Assembly (NCBI GenBank): GCA_951406725.2
Contig: OX597836.1
Coordinates: 1,550,001 to 1,614,000 of the forward strand
Reading direction: 5' to 3'
Length of the DNA stretch: 64,000 nt
Source: Octopus vulgaris
Lineage: Eukaryota
Shown: in pieces, positions 1 to 15,001 of the stretch
How the letters are laid out: every line of letters begins with the position of its first letter
How positions within the stretch are numbered: the stretch's first letter is position 1
Made by a program: the position numbers and the translations under genes
The notes under the pieces: model-generated
Told to the model about the DNA's origin: nothing
Database searches by the model: none
What the model saw: only the letters and a program-made list of their open reading frames with translations

Positions 1-565
1 ATCAGAACATAAACAATATGTTGACAGTTTTATGATTTACTTCCGGTTCTCCTCAATGCCTCTTCGGTTACTTCACAACTCTTATTCCGGAATGCTTTAA
101 ACGTACTTTTGTTCCCTATTTATTTATCCTTTTTTTATCTCTCGTCGAAACCATCAGGCTTAACCGGAAGTTGGGGAACGGACACTTTTTTTTTTAAATG
201 AAAGTTACACATCTGACTGGTGGAAGTGGGAGCCATATTTGATGGAGCTGTGGTGGTGGTGGGGGATGGACGTGTTGTTGTTGTTGTAGGTAGTGATGAT
301 TGTGGTTGTGATAGGCTCTGTTGGCGTGGTTGGTGGATAACCGAAGAGACAATGGTATACGAGGTATGCCTATTTATGCGGATTAATAGGGACAGTGGTG
401 GCGCTACTAGTTATTCGGGTTCGGAAGCCGGCTGAAATGGAACTAAGCAAGCCCTATGATCCCAGCCTTTCCAGATGTGGACATCATGTCTTTTCGTCGT
501 AGAGGACTCGGAATATCATTTTGCAAAATACTATATATATATTTTTTTTTCATAGCATGTATGTA

Positions 566-825
566 TGAGGGCGCTTGGCTTCGTCCTTAGGGTCGTTGTA
601 CTCACGATCGCTAGATTGTGATCTCAGTTTCCAGATCAGATGGTACTCTTGGCCAAAACACTTTATCTGTGATCATTTTGACACGTGTCGCTTGCTACAC
701 AGTGCATCTATTCAGACAACGTCGATTTGAAGGAGTGAGTGAGCCAATGAATTGTACTAACATTTGGTCACATTTCTGCAGGTCGTCACCGACGGGGGAG
801 ACGGTCGACCACACACACACACACC

Positions 826-830
<5 letters not shown>
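566..830 (+). mobile_element. Degenerate tRNA-derived SINE (head similar to the 38436-38764 family)
   Basis: gagggcgcttggcttcgtccttagggtc...cacgatcgctagattgtg...ttggccaaaacactttat resembles the head gagggcgcgtggcttagtggttagggc...catgatcgtaaggttgtg...ttgagcaagacactttat of the better-preserved copy; runs into (CA)n. Confidence 0.55.
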
Positions 831-872
<42 letters not shown>

Positions 873-1571
873 ACCGACACACAGACACACACCGACACAC
901 ACACACACACATGTATATCTATGGGCAACGTCTCCAACTTCTACCTCCATATTATAATAATTGGTTCACTCTATTTAACGAGCAAGTCTGTAAGTGACAA
1001 TGTGGAATAACTCCAGTTTTTCAGAGGAAGAAATCATTCCGCTAACACGCATATTTCATATATAATCTGTAAATGGAACAGTTAAAATATGTAAGACTTT
1101 ACTGAATTTCAAATTGTAACACTCTTTCTTTATATAAACTTGATATTATTTCTGAACTACTGCCACAACTGGCATGGGCTCACTCTGTCACCTCACAGGG
1201 AATAATCCATTTTATTGTGTCGCTGCCAAAGGAAAAAAAAAAAAAAGATGGATGCTTGCTCGTTGATTTCTTATTTATTTCACGGTGTTTTAATTGTTGC
1301 TCGTTCATTTAAAACCGCCATTATACGTGCATCACTACTGTCTGTGACCCTGAATTTTGACCCCTTTTAAAAACTCATGTGCATAAGGTGCATAAGGTGA
1401 TATGAGCTTATTAATTCAAACATTTATATATATACATATATGTATACATAAGGCTAGCTGGGTTAGAGGTTAAAATAACTGTCTGAAGGATGATGTAAGT
1501 CAATTCTTGTTCATCAACATTTCTTCATTTTATATATATATACTTAACCATTTGAATTAGTAAGCTTGCAT

Positions 1572-1609
<38 letters not shown>

Positions 1610-1663
1610 CATTTTTTATAGTTCTCTCTCTCTCTCTCTCCCTCTCACTATATATATATATAC

Positions 1664-1703
<40 letters not shown>

Positions 1704-2949
1704 CACATGCATATATATATATATTTTTTCAGAAGTTAGTGTTTTTATTGATCTGCCTAATGTGTGTATATGAATGTATATAAATGTGACGGTTGTGTGC
1801 TTAGATGTAGAAACATATCGATGCATATGTGTATTGCGAATGAGAGATTCAGTTGGTAAGTTTAGTATTTACAGAAAAGAAATCTCTCTAATTGAAATAT
1901 TACTAATTGAACACAAAGTCACATTTGTTAATAGAAAACCAGAAATAGGAAACACGGGTTGAATTAAGATTTTATGTTTTCCTTATTGAGATATCATTAA
2001 TGTCACTCTGTTGGTTCCTACTAATTTATTTTCGAAATCAGATCATTTCAAGTTCATTACTAATTTAACGGGAAGTCCTATTTGAACGGAAAACGAAAAC
2101 TAAAATTAACATTAGAAATACCATCAGCTGTGGTTCCATGTCACTCCTTTTCAGATGTCATCAAACTTTTCAAGCAATTAATGTTTTGAAGTATTTAATG
2201 CCGAGATGAATTTTCTGCGCCTGTTTTGGTTTTGATGTTTCAGAAGAAAGACCGTTCAAAGAGTATCATTAGTTATAAATTGATACTTTATCTCGAAGTC
2301 TCTATTTAATAATATGCGGTGCATTCTTAGGCTTCAGAAAGCAGACGCATGTTACTAGTTTTGACTCAACTCTGTGCAACGTCTAAATGTCTAATTACGT
2401 AGATGAAACCATTTTCTAAATCGGTTCTCGTCATACTTATATATTATATAATGTTTTCGTTGAGCAAGTTTTAAAATGGCTGCATATAACTGTTTTCCCG
2501 AGTAGTTTAGATTTCCGCGCTCTGTTGGCTCTGCTATGGTGATATTAAATTCGTCTTTGCTTCTTTATTATTACTCGGCACTAAAGTTTTGAGTAAGACA
2601 GAGTGTTGTTTTGTTTTTGGCAGCGAAAATATAACAAATATTTTACTCTTCTTATGTCCAGGAAGAGAATTAGTTCTTACAAGACGTGATAGGGCCTTGC
2701 TTACATTCAATTAGATCTATCAAATGAGGTCGATTATACCGCATGTTGTTTTGCAACACTTCCTCCAAAAAGGTTGTGTGTTCTTGTTGTTAATGATGAC
2801 TTCTTTCAAACGAATAGAGGCCAGTGTAACGTTGCATAGAATCTATCGATCAAGGATCCATCGTAAGGCATTGTCAAGATTCTTTTGGTCATATTGTTGA
2901 ATATATTTCTAGGAATAAATTTAGATTTCTATAAATTTTGCATCCCGAC

Positions 2950-3040
2950 CTCATGTTTCCCGGTTCAGTCACACTGCGTGGCACCTTAGGATAGTGTCTC
3001 ATGCCTCGGGCCGACCAAACGCTTGTAAGTGGATTTTCTT
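2950..3040 (+). mobile_element. SINE family C fragment (tRNA head/central part)
   Basis: ccggttcagtcacactgcgtggcacctt...gcctcgggccgaccaaacgcttgtaagtggattt matches copies at 56953 and 53831-54176. Confidence 0.7.
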
Positions 3041-3126
3041 GACGTTCTGTTAGGACGATCGCCACTAACAGTATTAGGAACACCACCATAGCTACACCCA
3101 ACACACCGCCACAACTAACATATCAG

Positions 3127-3340
3127 TTTCAAATTTTGGTACAAAGCCAGAAATTTCAAGGGTGGGTTGTAAGTCGATTACATCGACCCCAGTGATCGAC
3201 CTGTACGTATTTTACCAACCCCGAGAAGCGTGAAAGGCAAAGCTGACACCAGTGTAGTTCGAACTCTGACATGGAGTCGGACCAAATGCTGCTAATCATT
3301 TAGTCCGGTGTGCTAACGATTCTGCCATCTCGTCGCTTTA
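3127..3340 (-). mobile_element. SINE family B (tRNA-derived, ~210 bp)
   Basis: Reverse complement has head ...ggcagaatcgttagcacaccgg, B-box-like gagttcgaac, central gcctttca...ctcggggt and ctggggtcgatgtaatcgac; matches ~12 other copies in the window. Confidence 0.85.
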
Positions 3341-3798
3341 TGAACGACCAACATAGCAACACTATCAACACCCTTAGCTTTACAAAAGCAACTACAATCG
3401 TCCTTATTGACTTCGACCACACCTCACTAGCATCAACATCAACATCAAAACTTCAACGACCAACACCACTAAAATCGACAACAATTTTACAACTACCTTC
3501 CCCAACAGCAAAATGGCCACCATTACCATGACAATCCCCACCGCCTTCACTTCCCCCCCCCCCCATCACTAAGACACCCACCCCCTCCTCCATCGCCATC
3601 CTAGTCTCAATAGACAGAGTGTTATTATTTTCCCACATATTGATGTTGTTTTATGAGTTAGCAGCAGCAGCAAAATCTATATCTGTACAAAAGCAGGACT
3701 ATTGTCAATATGCAGTGGAGGGGGAGGGGCGACCAGATGAGAGCAGAACAGAGGCAAGCACTTACACGCAGGCACAGAACGAAGCAGGCACACACACA

Positions 3799-3848
<50 letters not shown>

Positions 3849-4064
3849 TACATATATATATATAGATATATGTATATATATATAGATATATGTATATATA
3901 TATATATACACACACACGCATATATACAGGTATCAATAACTATATATAACTATATAAATATTAATTATATATATATATATATATCATATATTATATATAA
4001 GTACACATTTGCATAAATGTTTATATGTATACAGGTATGTATATATTTATACACATACACACAT

Positions 4065-4095
<31 letters not shown>

Positions 4096-4699
4096 CATTT
4101 GCCTAAATGTATATACATGTATATAGATGTGTATATATGCTTATATTTATATAACTTTGCATAAATATAGATATGTATATACATATGTATATATATTTAT
4201 ATATGTATATATATATATTTGCATAAAATATACATATATACATATGTTTATATATATATGTTTATATATATATATATATATATAATTATTGACATTCGCA
4301 CACACATGCACAGGTAGACACACGCACACATACATTCATATATATATGCACACACACTCACACAAACACGAGCGCACTCATATATTTGTTTTTGCAACGA
4401 GGCATGTGCATGCGCATGTATGTAATTATTTTTCCTTATGTATAGACATATATATGCACACATGTACGAGCAAACGCCGGTGCACGTGCACACACGCACC
4501 TTCATAAGCCTACCTGCAACACTCTTATGAATCTATCCCCGTATGTGAGCAGCCATTTTGCATACAGATGTTTTATTAAAAACTTCACAGGTAACATAGC
4601 ATACTTGAAAAAAATGCACTCTTCTACCTGTATTGCGCGTTATATTCTAGCATCAATCGATACACTCATATAGGAGTGTGGCTGCATAGATGCGTATGA

Positions 4700-4752
<53 letters not shown>

Positions 4753-4755
4753 AAT

Positions 4756-4806
<51 letters not shown>

Positions 4807-4884
4807 CATATATATATTGATATGTGTGTGTATGTCGAAGTGTTTCTGTATACATGTCATTTTACACGTAAAATTATTACTATA

Positions 4885-5104
4885 TGTGTGGGGTGCTGAA
4901 GAGATTCCTGGTTTTAAAGGTGTGACGAAAGGGTCCGGTTCGCAGCGCAACCTTTCGTGTTCTTTTAACAGGGCTGAGGAAAACTGAAGGGTCGCGGCAA
5001 CAAGTGTGTAAATCTGGGAGGAAAATGCGTGGAATACAGTCTTAATTACCAAGTCCTACTTTGTTTTCTATTACACAAAGCCAGGGACCTCTCAGCATCC
5101 CCTG
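4885..5104 (+). mobile_element. Mariner-derived MITE
   Basis: Imperfect ~27-bp TIRs (ggggtgctgaagagattcctggtttt / aaagccagggacctctcagcatcccc) with TA flanks; internal aagtgtgtaaatctgggaggaaaatgcgtggaata recalls the mariner C-terminus KCVxxxGEYVE; homologous to 43450-43664. Confidence 0.75.
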
Positions 5105-5192
5105 TATACACACACACATTCTCACAGACATACACAAACAGACACAAACACAGACACACAGATATATGTATGTATGCATGTATGTATGTATG

Positions 5193-5264
<72 letters not shown>

Positions 5265-5832
5265 TAGTTATCGCCAAACTAATATGGCACTCCATAAATA
5301 TAAGACTAAAGCTGTCGCTGATTAGCTCCAAGAGGCCATCGCCTCTAGCTAGCTATATGACACACGAACCTGCGTCCATTACAACCTTCGAACATATATA
5401 CATATATACATATACATATATACATATATACATACATATATAACAAGCACCTTACATTTGCTTTTACGAAGCGTCGAATGTGTATTATACGATACTGACA
5501 AGAAAGTGATGTTTTCGAACGCAGCATTGCTGTTAAAGCACCAGAAAAAATGGGTATTATTACCCTTACAAGGCGGAAAAAAAGTTGTCAAGAAACACAC
5601 GGGAGTCGAAACCCCACCACCACAAAGACACACATACACATACTCATACATACACGCATATAACTGTGTGTGGGTCTATGTTTATATTTGTGTGAATTAT
5701 ATAACACCTGTATATATGTACGTATATATATATATATATATAATATGTATTCACGCATATGTATAAATGTGTATGTATATCTATATATATAAACATACTT
5801 TCATACATACACACATATATATATAAACATAA

Positions 5833-5894
<62 letters not shown>

Positions 5895-6224
5895 GTACAC
5901 ACGCACACATCTACGTATATATATAAAGATCATCATCATCATCATCGTCGCACTTAGTGACCCGGTATATTCTCCAGGTAGACCAAGCTGAATAAAATCA
6001 ATCCCTTTATGTACCAGCCGCCATCTCCAGCATCTCGAAGCCATTTCTGACGACTACCTCTCTTCATCGTGCGCAGCACCACCACCACCTTCACTTCGAA
6101 CCCCCACCCACCCATCTATCCCCATACCTACCCCTTTCAACTGCCACTACCTTGATCACCATCGATTATCTTAGAATGTCGTCTCTAACACCGTTAATGT
6201 TATTCAGTCTGGCTTCTCCTCTTC

Positions 6225-6465
6225 ATCTCTAGCTTCGACATCATCACCATCATCATCATCAACATCATCGTATTGTCATCATCATCAACATCATCGTATT
6301 GTCATCATCATCAACATTATTATGATTATCATCGTCGTCACCATCATCCTCATCATCATCATCATCGTCGTCGTCATCAGCGGCAACATCATCATCATCA
6401 TCATCATCATATCCTACCACGTACCATTTATTATTAACATGTTTATTAACATTTCTATCTACATG

Positions 6466-6551
<86 letters not shown>

Positions 6552-6731
6552 GATTACGAAGACGACGACGAAGACGACGACAACGACGAAGACGACGACG
6601 ACGACGAAGGCGACGTGATGATGATTATGGTGATGACGTGCGCCATCATCACCATCCTCATCAGCTTCATCATCACACCACCCTCATCATCATAATAAAA
6701 ATAATATTAATAGTAGTAGTAGTAGTAATGA

Positions 6732-6775
<44 letters not shown>

Positions 6776-6818
6776 TTAGTATTAGTAGTAGTGGTGGTGG
6801 TGGTGGTAGTAGTAGTAT

Positions 6819-6867
<49 letters not shown>

Positions 6868-6885
6868 TGCGATAGTGGTAGTAAA
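6225..6885. repeat. Compound trinucleotide microsatellites (CAT/ACT/GAC/GTA/GTG)
   Basis: Direct reading. Confidence 0.9.
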
Positions 6886-7660
6886 ACTGAAGACTGTCGG
6901 ATAATCGATGCCAGGTAACATTGAACGGGAGGTGGGCCAGTGTGTACAGGTGGGTTTCTACGCAGCAGTGATCAAAGGTAGAAAGGTGTACGAGGTAAGG
7001 AGACTAGGAAGTGCTGAGGCGGCGGCGGTGGTGGCGGTGGAGGATGTCGGGTGTTTGGTTGGCTGGGCAGAATGAATAGAGAGGTGTGGAAAGGGTGGAG
7101 TGCGGAGGGGAGGGGGGGAGGAGGGGAGGTGTGGTGCAGGGGTGGAAAGGGACAGTGACGATGGGTGGTGGGGCTGGTTCTTTGAAAGCGTGGACCTGTT
7201 GGTGCGGATGTGAGTAGAATAAGTGGAAAGGTGGCCAAGGTAGACTGTGATGCAAGGTAAGTTCTTTGGTGGCGAGGGCGGCGGGAGGGGGGGTGAGGCA
7301 TCTACAGGTGAGCATGTAAGCTGTGTAGGATGGAGGTGGTGGAGGAGGCGATGGAGGCAGCGCTGGCGATGGCAATGATGATAAGTTCAATTCAATTAAC
7401 TCGGCATGAATGATGCGTCATACAGCAAACGTCATTGTATCGATCTGTGCAGATCAGGCCTACACTATATATATATATACATGTTTATATATATATATAT
7501 ATATATATATACGTGTGTATATGTGTGTGTGTGTGTATGCAATACATGCATATTCCTATAGACTCTCTCACTTCATCTTTGTCTCTCTCCTCCCCCTTGT
7601 TCTCTGGGTCTCTATCGAACTTATCTGTCTGTCTTTTTATCTCGTACCCAACCACCCAAA

Positions 7661-8035
7661 TCTCTCTCTATATAAAACTGAAGTTGTCAGTATATGGCAG
7701 GTTTGGTAGCCTCCAACTAACACTATCTCCTCCGAGACCCTGCGGCACAAGTTGGCCAAAATTGAGACTATGATAGAAGAAGGCTTGCTCTTCCTTCCGT
7801 AGAAGAAAACATTCAAATCGGATCATGTTAACACCAAAAATTATTTACATCAAAAGGGTGCTTTTTTTCTGTGAAAATCCCTATTTTTTACGATTTTATG
7901 ACTGCTGTGTCGCCATTTTTCCGTGTATTTCAACCAGAAAAATGTTCACTTACATAATGTAAAATTTTTACTTTTCAAAAATTCCAATTCTAAAGGGTCG
8001 AAACAAACCCGAGCAACGCTGGGCGATACTGCTAG
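7661..8035 (+). mobile_element. Non-autonomous Helitron (~375 bp)
   Basis: Starts A|TCtctctctatataaaactg; subterminal GC hairpin cccgagc-aac-gctggg (8008-8023) followed 8 nt later by terminal CTAG (8032-8035); the next base is C rather than the canonical T. Confidence 0.75.
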
Positions 8036-8133
8036 CATATAAGTAAAGTTGTGAATATGTGTGCATGTGAATTCATGTATAAACACGTGGAGATATACAT
8101 CCGAAAATATATATTTATGTGTATATTTGTACG

Positions 8134-8189
<56 letters not shown>

Positions 8190-8938
8190 ATAGATATATA
8201 TATATATATATATACATATAAGATAGATATTTATATACATATATATGGAGAGAGGAAGAGGTAGAGAAAAATGGAGAAGATAGATAGATATAGAGCTTTG
8301 TCCTTATTTACTGGTAGCAGAGAAAACGGTAGAAGCTTTAAAGAAACGGGTACAAAGTTCTGTTTTGTTTGTACCCTCGCTTTTCTTTTTATGTTCATGG
8401 AGCTCAAATACAGTGATGGTCGACTATTTCCTTTCATCCTTGCGCTCCAATAACCAGTGTACACTTTTAGTGGTGGTCTGGTTTTTTATCATCTGCCAAT
8501 CAGTCTCTCAACTATTTTTGTCTTCATAGAATCCATTTCGTTACGAAGACCAGAAATTCTGATTATGTGGCTGGTAACCTGCTCTCGCGGATAATCAAAA
8601 CTGATATATATCAGAAAAGCTGCTAGAACCGCTCGATGTGCATAATAGGGCATGACGAATATGAAAGACAAACATGACTTTCTGTCTCTCTCTCTCCCTC
8701 TCTTTCTCTCTCTCTCTCTCCCTCTCTTTCTCTCTCTCTCCCTCTGTATATATACTTAAACCTCCTATAGGGATATTTTATTCAAAATACACTGGTTTAA
8801 TGTATCACATTTTGAAGAGATATTTCTTAAATGAAAATATTATAGAAAATATCGTAAACTTTTAAATACTATTAAGTTTGAAAACAGAGAGAGAGCTAAT
8901 TGATACAAATTGATTAATTAATTAATTAATTAACATAG

Positions 8939-9101
8939 TCACCTGTAATTGTTTCATTTCACAAACATAATTAATACCCGGAATATATTCCGAGTATTCC
9001 AACGCATGATTATCCAGGCAAGTTATTTTGAAATGCAAAATTATTTATTTATATGTTTTGCAATTCAAATTTTGTTTGTGAAATGAAACAATTGTAAATG
9101 A
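8939..9101. repeat. Nested inverted repeat (MITE-like)
   Basis: Perfect 21-bp arms aattgtttcatttcacaaaca (8947-8967) / tgtttgtgaaatgaaacaatt (9073-9093) enclosing two smaller hairpins. Confidence 0.75.
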
Positions 9102-9171
9102 ATAAGCGAATTGAAAAGTAAAATAATTTGTATCTACTAGATCTCTCAGTTTTCAAACGTCATAATAATAA

Positions 9172-9210
<39 letters not shown>

Positions 9211-9429
9211 CATCTATCTGTGCATTTATGTATATTTGTATGTATGTATCTATCTGTCTATCTGTCTGTCTGTTTGTCTGTCTGTCTATCAATGGTTTAC
9301 TGTTCTGTTAATTTAAGATGAGCAAAAACGTATTGTATCCAGTGACATAAATATCTTAACACAGGTTATAAAACGTGTTTAGAGAAGTGTCTTCACCGAG
9401 GGGAACTATTCGTAGCTCTGATCTTTGTA

Positions 9430-9503
<74 letters not shown>

Positions 9504-10409
9504 AAAGTAATAGACTGAGGAAAGAAATTCCTTAAAAAGAGTGTGTAAAGCATCCAATTCACTGGTTTGTCAGTTGAGTACCAGAGAAATAGGGGTATAA
9601 TACAAATCACAAATAAATTAAATAGATTCCATTGACAATCTAACAATTAATTTATATTAAAATATAACATAATATTATCATAACATAAAAAAACATCGTT
9701 AAAAAACCAGAATAACCAACAATTTTTTTCGACTTATATGCATTATTTGATTTATAAACAACACATCTGCACTTATATAAGTCTTATCAGAGCGTTTGGC
9801 TTTTTGAACAAACGAAATTCCGCACGAAAGGACCACTGGATTGTAAAAAATAATTCAAATGCCTACGTGTCATGAGCGTGAGCGTTAACTTTTCAACTAC
9901 ATAAAAATTACAAGAAAAGAAAATTATAACGGACAAAATAATTAAGTACATAGAATTTACAGCTATCGAAATATATTTCTATATATTTCAAATAATATAT
10001 ATCCAAATTCAGTTAGGTCGACAACAATCTTTGGCTATTTATAATAATAACATACAACATATATAAGTATATCAATTATGTACCAGAGTCTTACTTAATC
10101 TAGCGACTTTAGTAAAACTTGTAAATAAATAAAAATGATGATATACTATTATATTGGGAATATATAACAATTCTTCTCTTTTATTTAAAGTTAATGATAT
10201 AAAATAAATTGTTTAAAGTAACTAACAAAACAATGAAGAGAAACCTAACACAAATGTTCTGTATTTACATAATTTACCGGAGGGAGAGATCTGCAATAAA
10301 TGTGAAGATAAACTTAGAGCTACAATAACTGCAACATTTAGAACCACAAAGATATAGAGTTAGGCTATAATAAGAGATATCAAGATATTTCTAGTTTTTC
10401 GGAAGTAAC

Positions 10410-10474
<65 letters not shown>

Positions 10475-10475
<1 letters not shown>

Positions 10476-10527
10476 ATTTTATTCTTTTATTCTCTTACGT
10501 GTTTCAGTCATTTGACTGCGGCTATGC
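10475..10527 (-). mobile_element. SINE family C 3' tail fragment
   Basis: ttcttttattctcttacgtgtttcagtcatttgactgcggctatgc is the reverse complement of the family C tail seen at ~29920-29960. Confidence 0.7.
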
Positions 10528-10529
10528 AC

Positions 10530-10700
10530 GAAGAAGAAGAAGAAGAAGAAGAAGAAGAAGAAGAAGAAGAAGAAGAAGAAGAAGAAGAAGAAGAAGAAGA
10601 AGGAGAAGAAGATGAAGAAGAAGAAGAAGAAGAAGAAGAAGAAGAAGAAGAAGAAGAAGAAGAAGAAGAAGAAAGAAGAAGAAGAAGAAGAAAGAAGAAG
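10530..10700. repeat. (GAA)n microsatellite
   Basis: Direct reading; source of the poly-E/K/F ORFs. Confidence 0.95.
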
Positions 10701-11081
10701 GAATATCACGAAGACAAAGAAGCTGACTTTACATTCTTGGCGTAGGTGCTGTTATGGTATTTTGGCACGTGGCTTCACGAAGAACTCAAGACTTGTACAA
10801 AGGTTTTCGATAGCTCAACAACCGAACGAGTTAACATTCAAAACAAGAGAAGACTAAAATTCCCAAAGCAAATATGTGCGCACTTTTTATTTTCCGGAGA
10901 AATATATGAAAGTGTTAGAAAAGAAATGAGTTATTATCCTCATAAAATTTGGTATTCAGGAAGGCATGGAAGTAAATTAAAGAAAATTGGGAAAGGCGAA
11001 ATTTTCAACATTTGCCACTTCCACTTGAGCACAACATGGAAACTGCCGATAAATACATGCATGCATACACTCAGACACACA

Positions 11082-11137
<56 letters not shown>

Positions 11138-11177
11138 GTATTGTACTTATCTCTCTATCTCTCTCTCTGTGTATATT

Positions 11178-11276
<99 letters not shown>

Positions 11277-11451
11277 CATATATATAATCAGGCGATGCCA
11301 GGTGACAGGGGAGTAATTCATTAGAATATTGCAATTTATTAGGTGTAAGCATAATACTAGAATAATAAATATACATCGCGACGCCTATATATAGACCCTG
11401 TGCAAAACACACACACGTACACATATACACACACGAGTCTCTGTGTGTGTA

Positions 11452-11488
<37 letters not shown>

Positions 11489-12058
11489 GTCAGGGGTTTA
11501 AATATGTACATATATATCCATACAATCATACATACAAATTTGCAGACGCTCACACACATACACATGCATGTAAGCACACACACACACAAAAGCTTGCGCG
11601 CACGCTCACATATATTTATATGGATGTATGTATGCTTATATACACATGCATTCATATATATATGATGCCACTCGTGAAGGTTTGCTCAAATCGCACCGTG
11701 AATTTACTCTCCCTTCTAACCAAAACCATATGTCTACACGTATAAACTATCCAACGTCCTTCAGAATTAATTCACGCACACACACACACATTAATTCATA
11801 AACACCATTTCATTTACAAATATGGAGAGAAGCAAAAGCGTTATACATTCATTGAGATTTTGAAGGAGATTTTTTTATTCTTACAATGAGCTAAAAGAAT
11901 GCTCGATAAATACGTAACCTCGGATATCATCGTAACTTGCGTCCAGTCTGCAATTCCGAACTGATGCGGCCGACGCAAGCACTTTCATTTATTACTAAAT
12001 GTTGAAATCTTCAATATGCGAATCTCGGCAAACATTCAGGTGTACGTACGTACATACA

Positions 12059-12089
<31 letters not shown>

Positions 12090-12142
12090 GTGCATCCATG
12101 CATATATACATACACACACAAACACATACAAAGCTCTTTTAA

Positions 12143-12333
12143 CATTCAAATTTTGGGACATGGCCAGTAAGTGTGGGGAAGGGCCCGTACTCAACTGATA
12201 TTCATTTTGTCGACCAGGAAATGATGAAAGGTAAGCTCGCCCTCGGCGGAATTTGAACTACGCAGATGAAGTTGAACGAAATGTCGCTATGCATTTTGCA
12301 CAGCGTGTTAACAATTCTGCCAGTTCATCGCTT
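12143..12333 (-). mobile_element. SINE family B
   Basis: ttcaaattttgggacatggccag...gatgaaaggtaagctcgccctcggcggaatttgaact...ttaacaattctgccagttcatcgc. Confidence 0.8.
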
Positions 12334-12360
12334 TGGTTTCTCAACCCAACAGAAATCTAT

Positions 12361-12767
12361 GACGGCGATCTGGCAGAAACGTTAGCACGCCGGGCGAAAT
12401 GCGTAGCCGTATTTCGTCTGCCGTTACGTTCTGAGTTCAAATTTCGCCGAGGTCGCGTTTGCTTTTCATCCTTTCGAGGTCGATAAATTAAGTACCAGTT
12501 ATGCACTGGGGTCGATATAACCACGACTTAATCCGTTTGCCTGTCCTTGTTTGTCCTCTCTGTGTTTAGCCGCTTGTGGGTAGTAAAGAAATAAGTATTT
12601 CGTCTGTCTTTACGCTCTGAGTTCAAATTCTGCCCAGTTTGACTTTGCCTTTCATCCTTTCGGTGTCGATTAATTAAGTACCAGTTACATACTGGAGTCG
12701 ATCTAACCGACTGGTCCCCCCACCCTCCTCCGAAATTTCCGGCCTTGTGCCTTGAGTAGAAAGGAAT
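12361..12767 (+). mobile_element. Two tandem SINE family B copies with different 3' tails
   Basis: First copy gacggcgatctggcagaaacgttagcacgccgggcg...gagttcaaatt...tcatcctttcgaggtcgataaattaagtacc ends in a ccgtttgcctgtccttg... tail; a second, 5'-truncated copy starts at ~12596 and ends ggccttgtgccttgagtagaaagga. Confidence 0.9.
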
Positions 12768-13177
12768 CCTGGTAGGCTGAGAGATGCTTCTCTTCATATC
12801 TGCCGCTCAAGAGAAGTAATGTGGTCAAACTTCATCCACCGGAGCACAACAGGCGCCATCAACCGATTATGATGTTCTAAAACGGTTTTTTTTTTTTGCG
12901 AGAATATTTTTTCAACGACAAATCGCAGTGAAGCAATTGCACTTGTTCAAATGCCATTCGTACATATTCAGACTGCGCTTAAGCTTATACTTACATACAT
13001 CCTTACAAACTTACATACATACATACATACATACATATATACATACATACATACATACATACATGCATACATACATACATATATACATACACATATGTGT
13101 GTTTGTGTGTACGTATATATATCTATATCTATATATATGCGTGTGTATGAAAGTGTACCTATATCTATGTATGTATA

Positions 13178-13234
<57 letters not shown>

Positions 13235-13363
13235 CGTGTAGTAAATAAACATACGAATATATACTAGATACACAGACGAACAAAAAGCCCGGAAGGTCAC
13301 CAACTCGGCTTCAGTTATTGACCAGAGGGTCAAGTACAATTTCGGCCACACACACACACACAC

Positions 13364-13430
<67 letters not shown>

Positions 13431-14024
13431 CGTACCTGTCTATAATTCCAAGTACCTCTCTCTAGAAAATGCATACTTATAATTAGTATGTAATGCAGAA
13501 AATTTACACACACACGCTCGCACACACACACACACATCTACATACACATTCACACATGCACACACACACACGCACACACACACATGCACACACATGCAAA
13601 TACACGCACACACATACACATATATACGCAGACAGAGCCTGTCACACATACGTGTTTGTATGTGTATTCTGGTTTTGATGCCTTGCCATGTCTAAGAACT
13701 AACAGAAACAGCAATAAAAAAACAGCGCATAACACCAGCATCATCACCATCATCATCATCGGCGTCGTCGTCATCATCATCATCAACATCATCAACATCA
13801 TCATCGATAGCAACAAGATTAACATGTTGTTGAAGCCATTGTCTTCTCACTATAATAATATTCACCTCCATTAACACGGCTGGTTGCTTGCAACAGCGAC
13901 TTCAACGCCTCACTGAATCCACTGCTCTTAATAAAATGTACCCTTCACCCTTTCCTCTCTCTCTCTCTCTTCTTCTCTCGCTCCATCTCTCACTCACTCT
14001 CTCTCTGTGTCACTGTATATTTAT

Positions 14025-14091
<67 letters not shown>

Positions 14092-14165
14092 AACATACAT
14101 ATATATATGTGTGTAAGTACATATACATATGTGTACATATATATATATGTATGTATATATATACG

Positions 14166-14198
<33 letters not shown>

Positions 14199-14439
14199 AT
14201 GTGTATATATGTATTTACACATATATACATATACGTACATATATACATGCATATATATATACGCACTCATATACACACAGCTTGGAAACAGGACAGGATA
14301 TATGAGCGCGCGCGTGCAACAATGTAATTGACTCGCGCCGTAAGTGCAACACAGAACTGATGCAAACAAAAAGAAACTCTCATCCATATTTGCACTCACA
14401 CACACACAAACACACAAACACACACACACACACACACAG

Positions 14440-14472
<33 letters not shown>

Positions 14473-14490
14473 CACAGACACCGAGTGAGG

Positions 14491-14556
<66 letters not shown>

Positions 14557-14951
14557 TTCATGAAGAAACACTTCTGCACGATGCGTGGTTTGACTATTTG
14601 TGATAAAGTTTTCTTTTATTGTGTTGCGGGAAGACAGACGTAACTTGGCGAGTGGGGGGAAGGGACTAAAAAACATACGACCGTCCTGATAAGGCATCCA
14701 TATATACGCAAAAACACTCAATATACACACCTGAACGTAGACATTCATAGATTCTATCAAGAGTTTAGAAATCATATCAGAATAAGTGTTTTAAAAATGC
14801 ATGAAGGCCTCGTTTCATAAACGCGGAGTAATATAAATATTTAGATGTAAAAAGAAAAACCATTCGAATTTCGGACGATACTCATGCAAATACGGTGGAA
14901 ATACATACATACTGAAAATATTTGTATGTGTACGTACGTACGTACGTGTGC

Positions 14952-15000
<49 letters not shown>

Positions 15001-15001
<1 letters not shown>

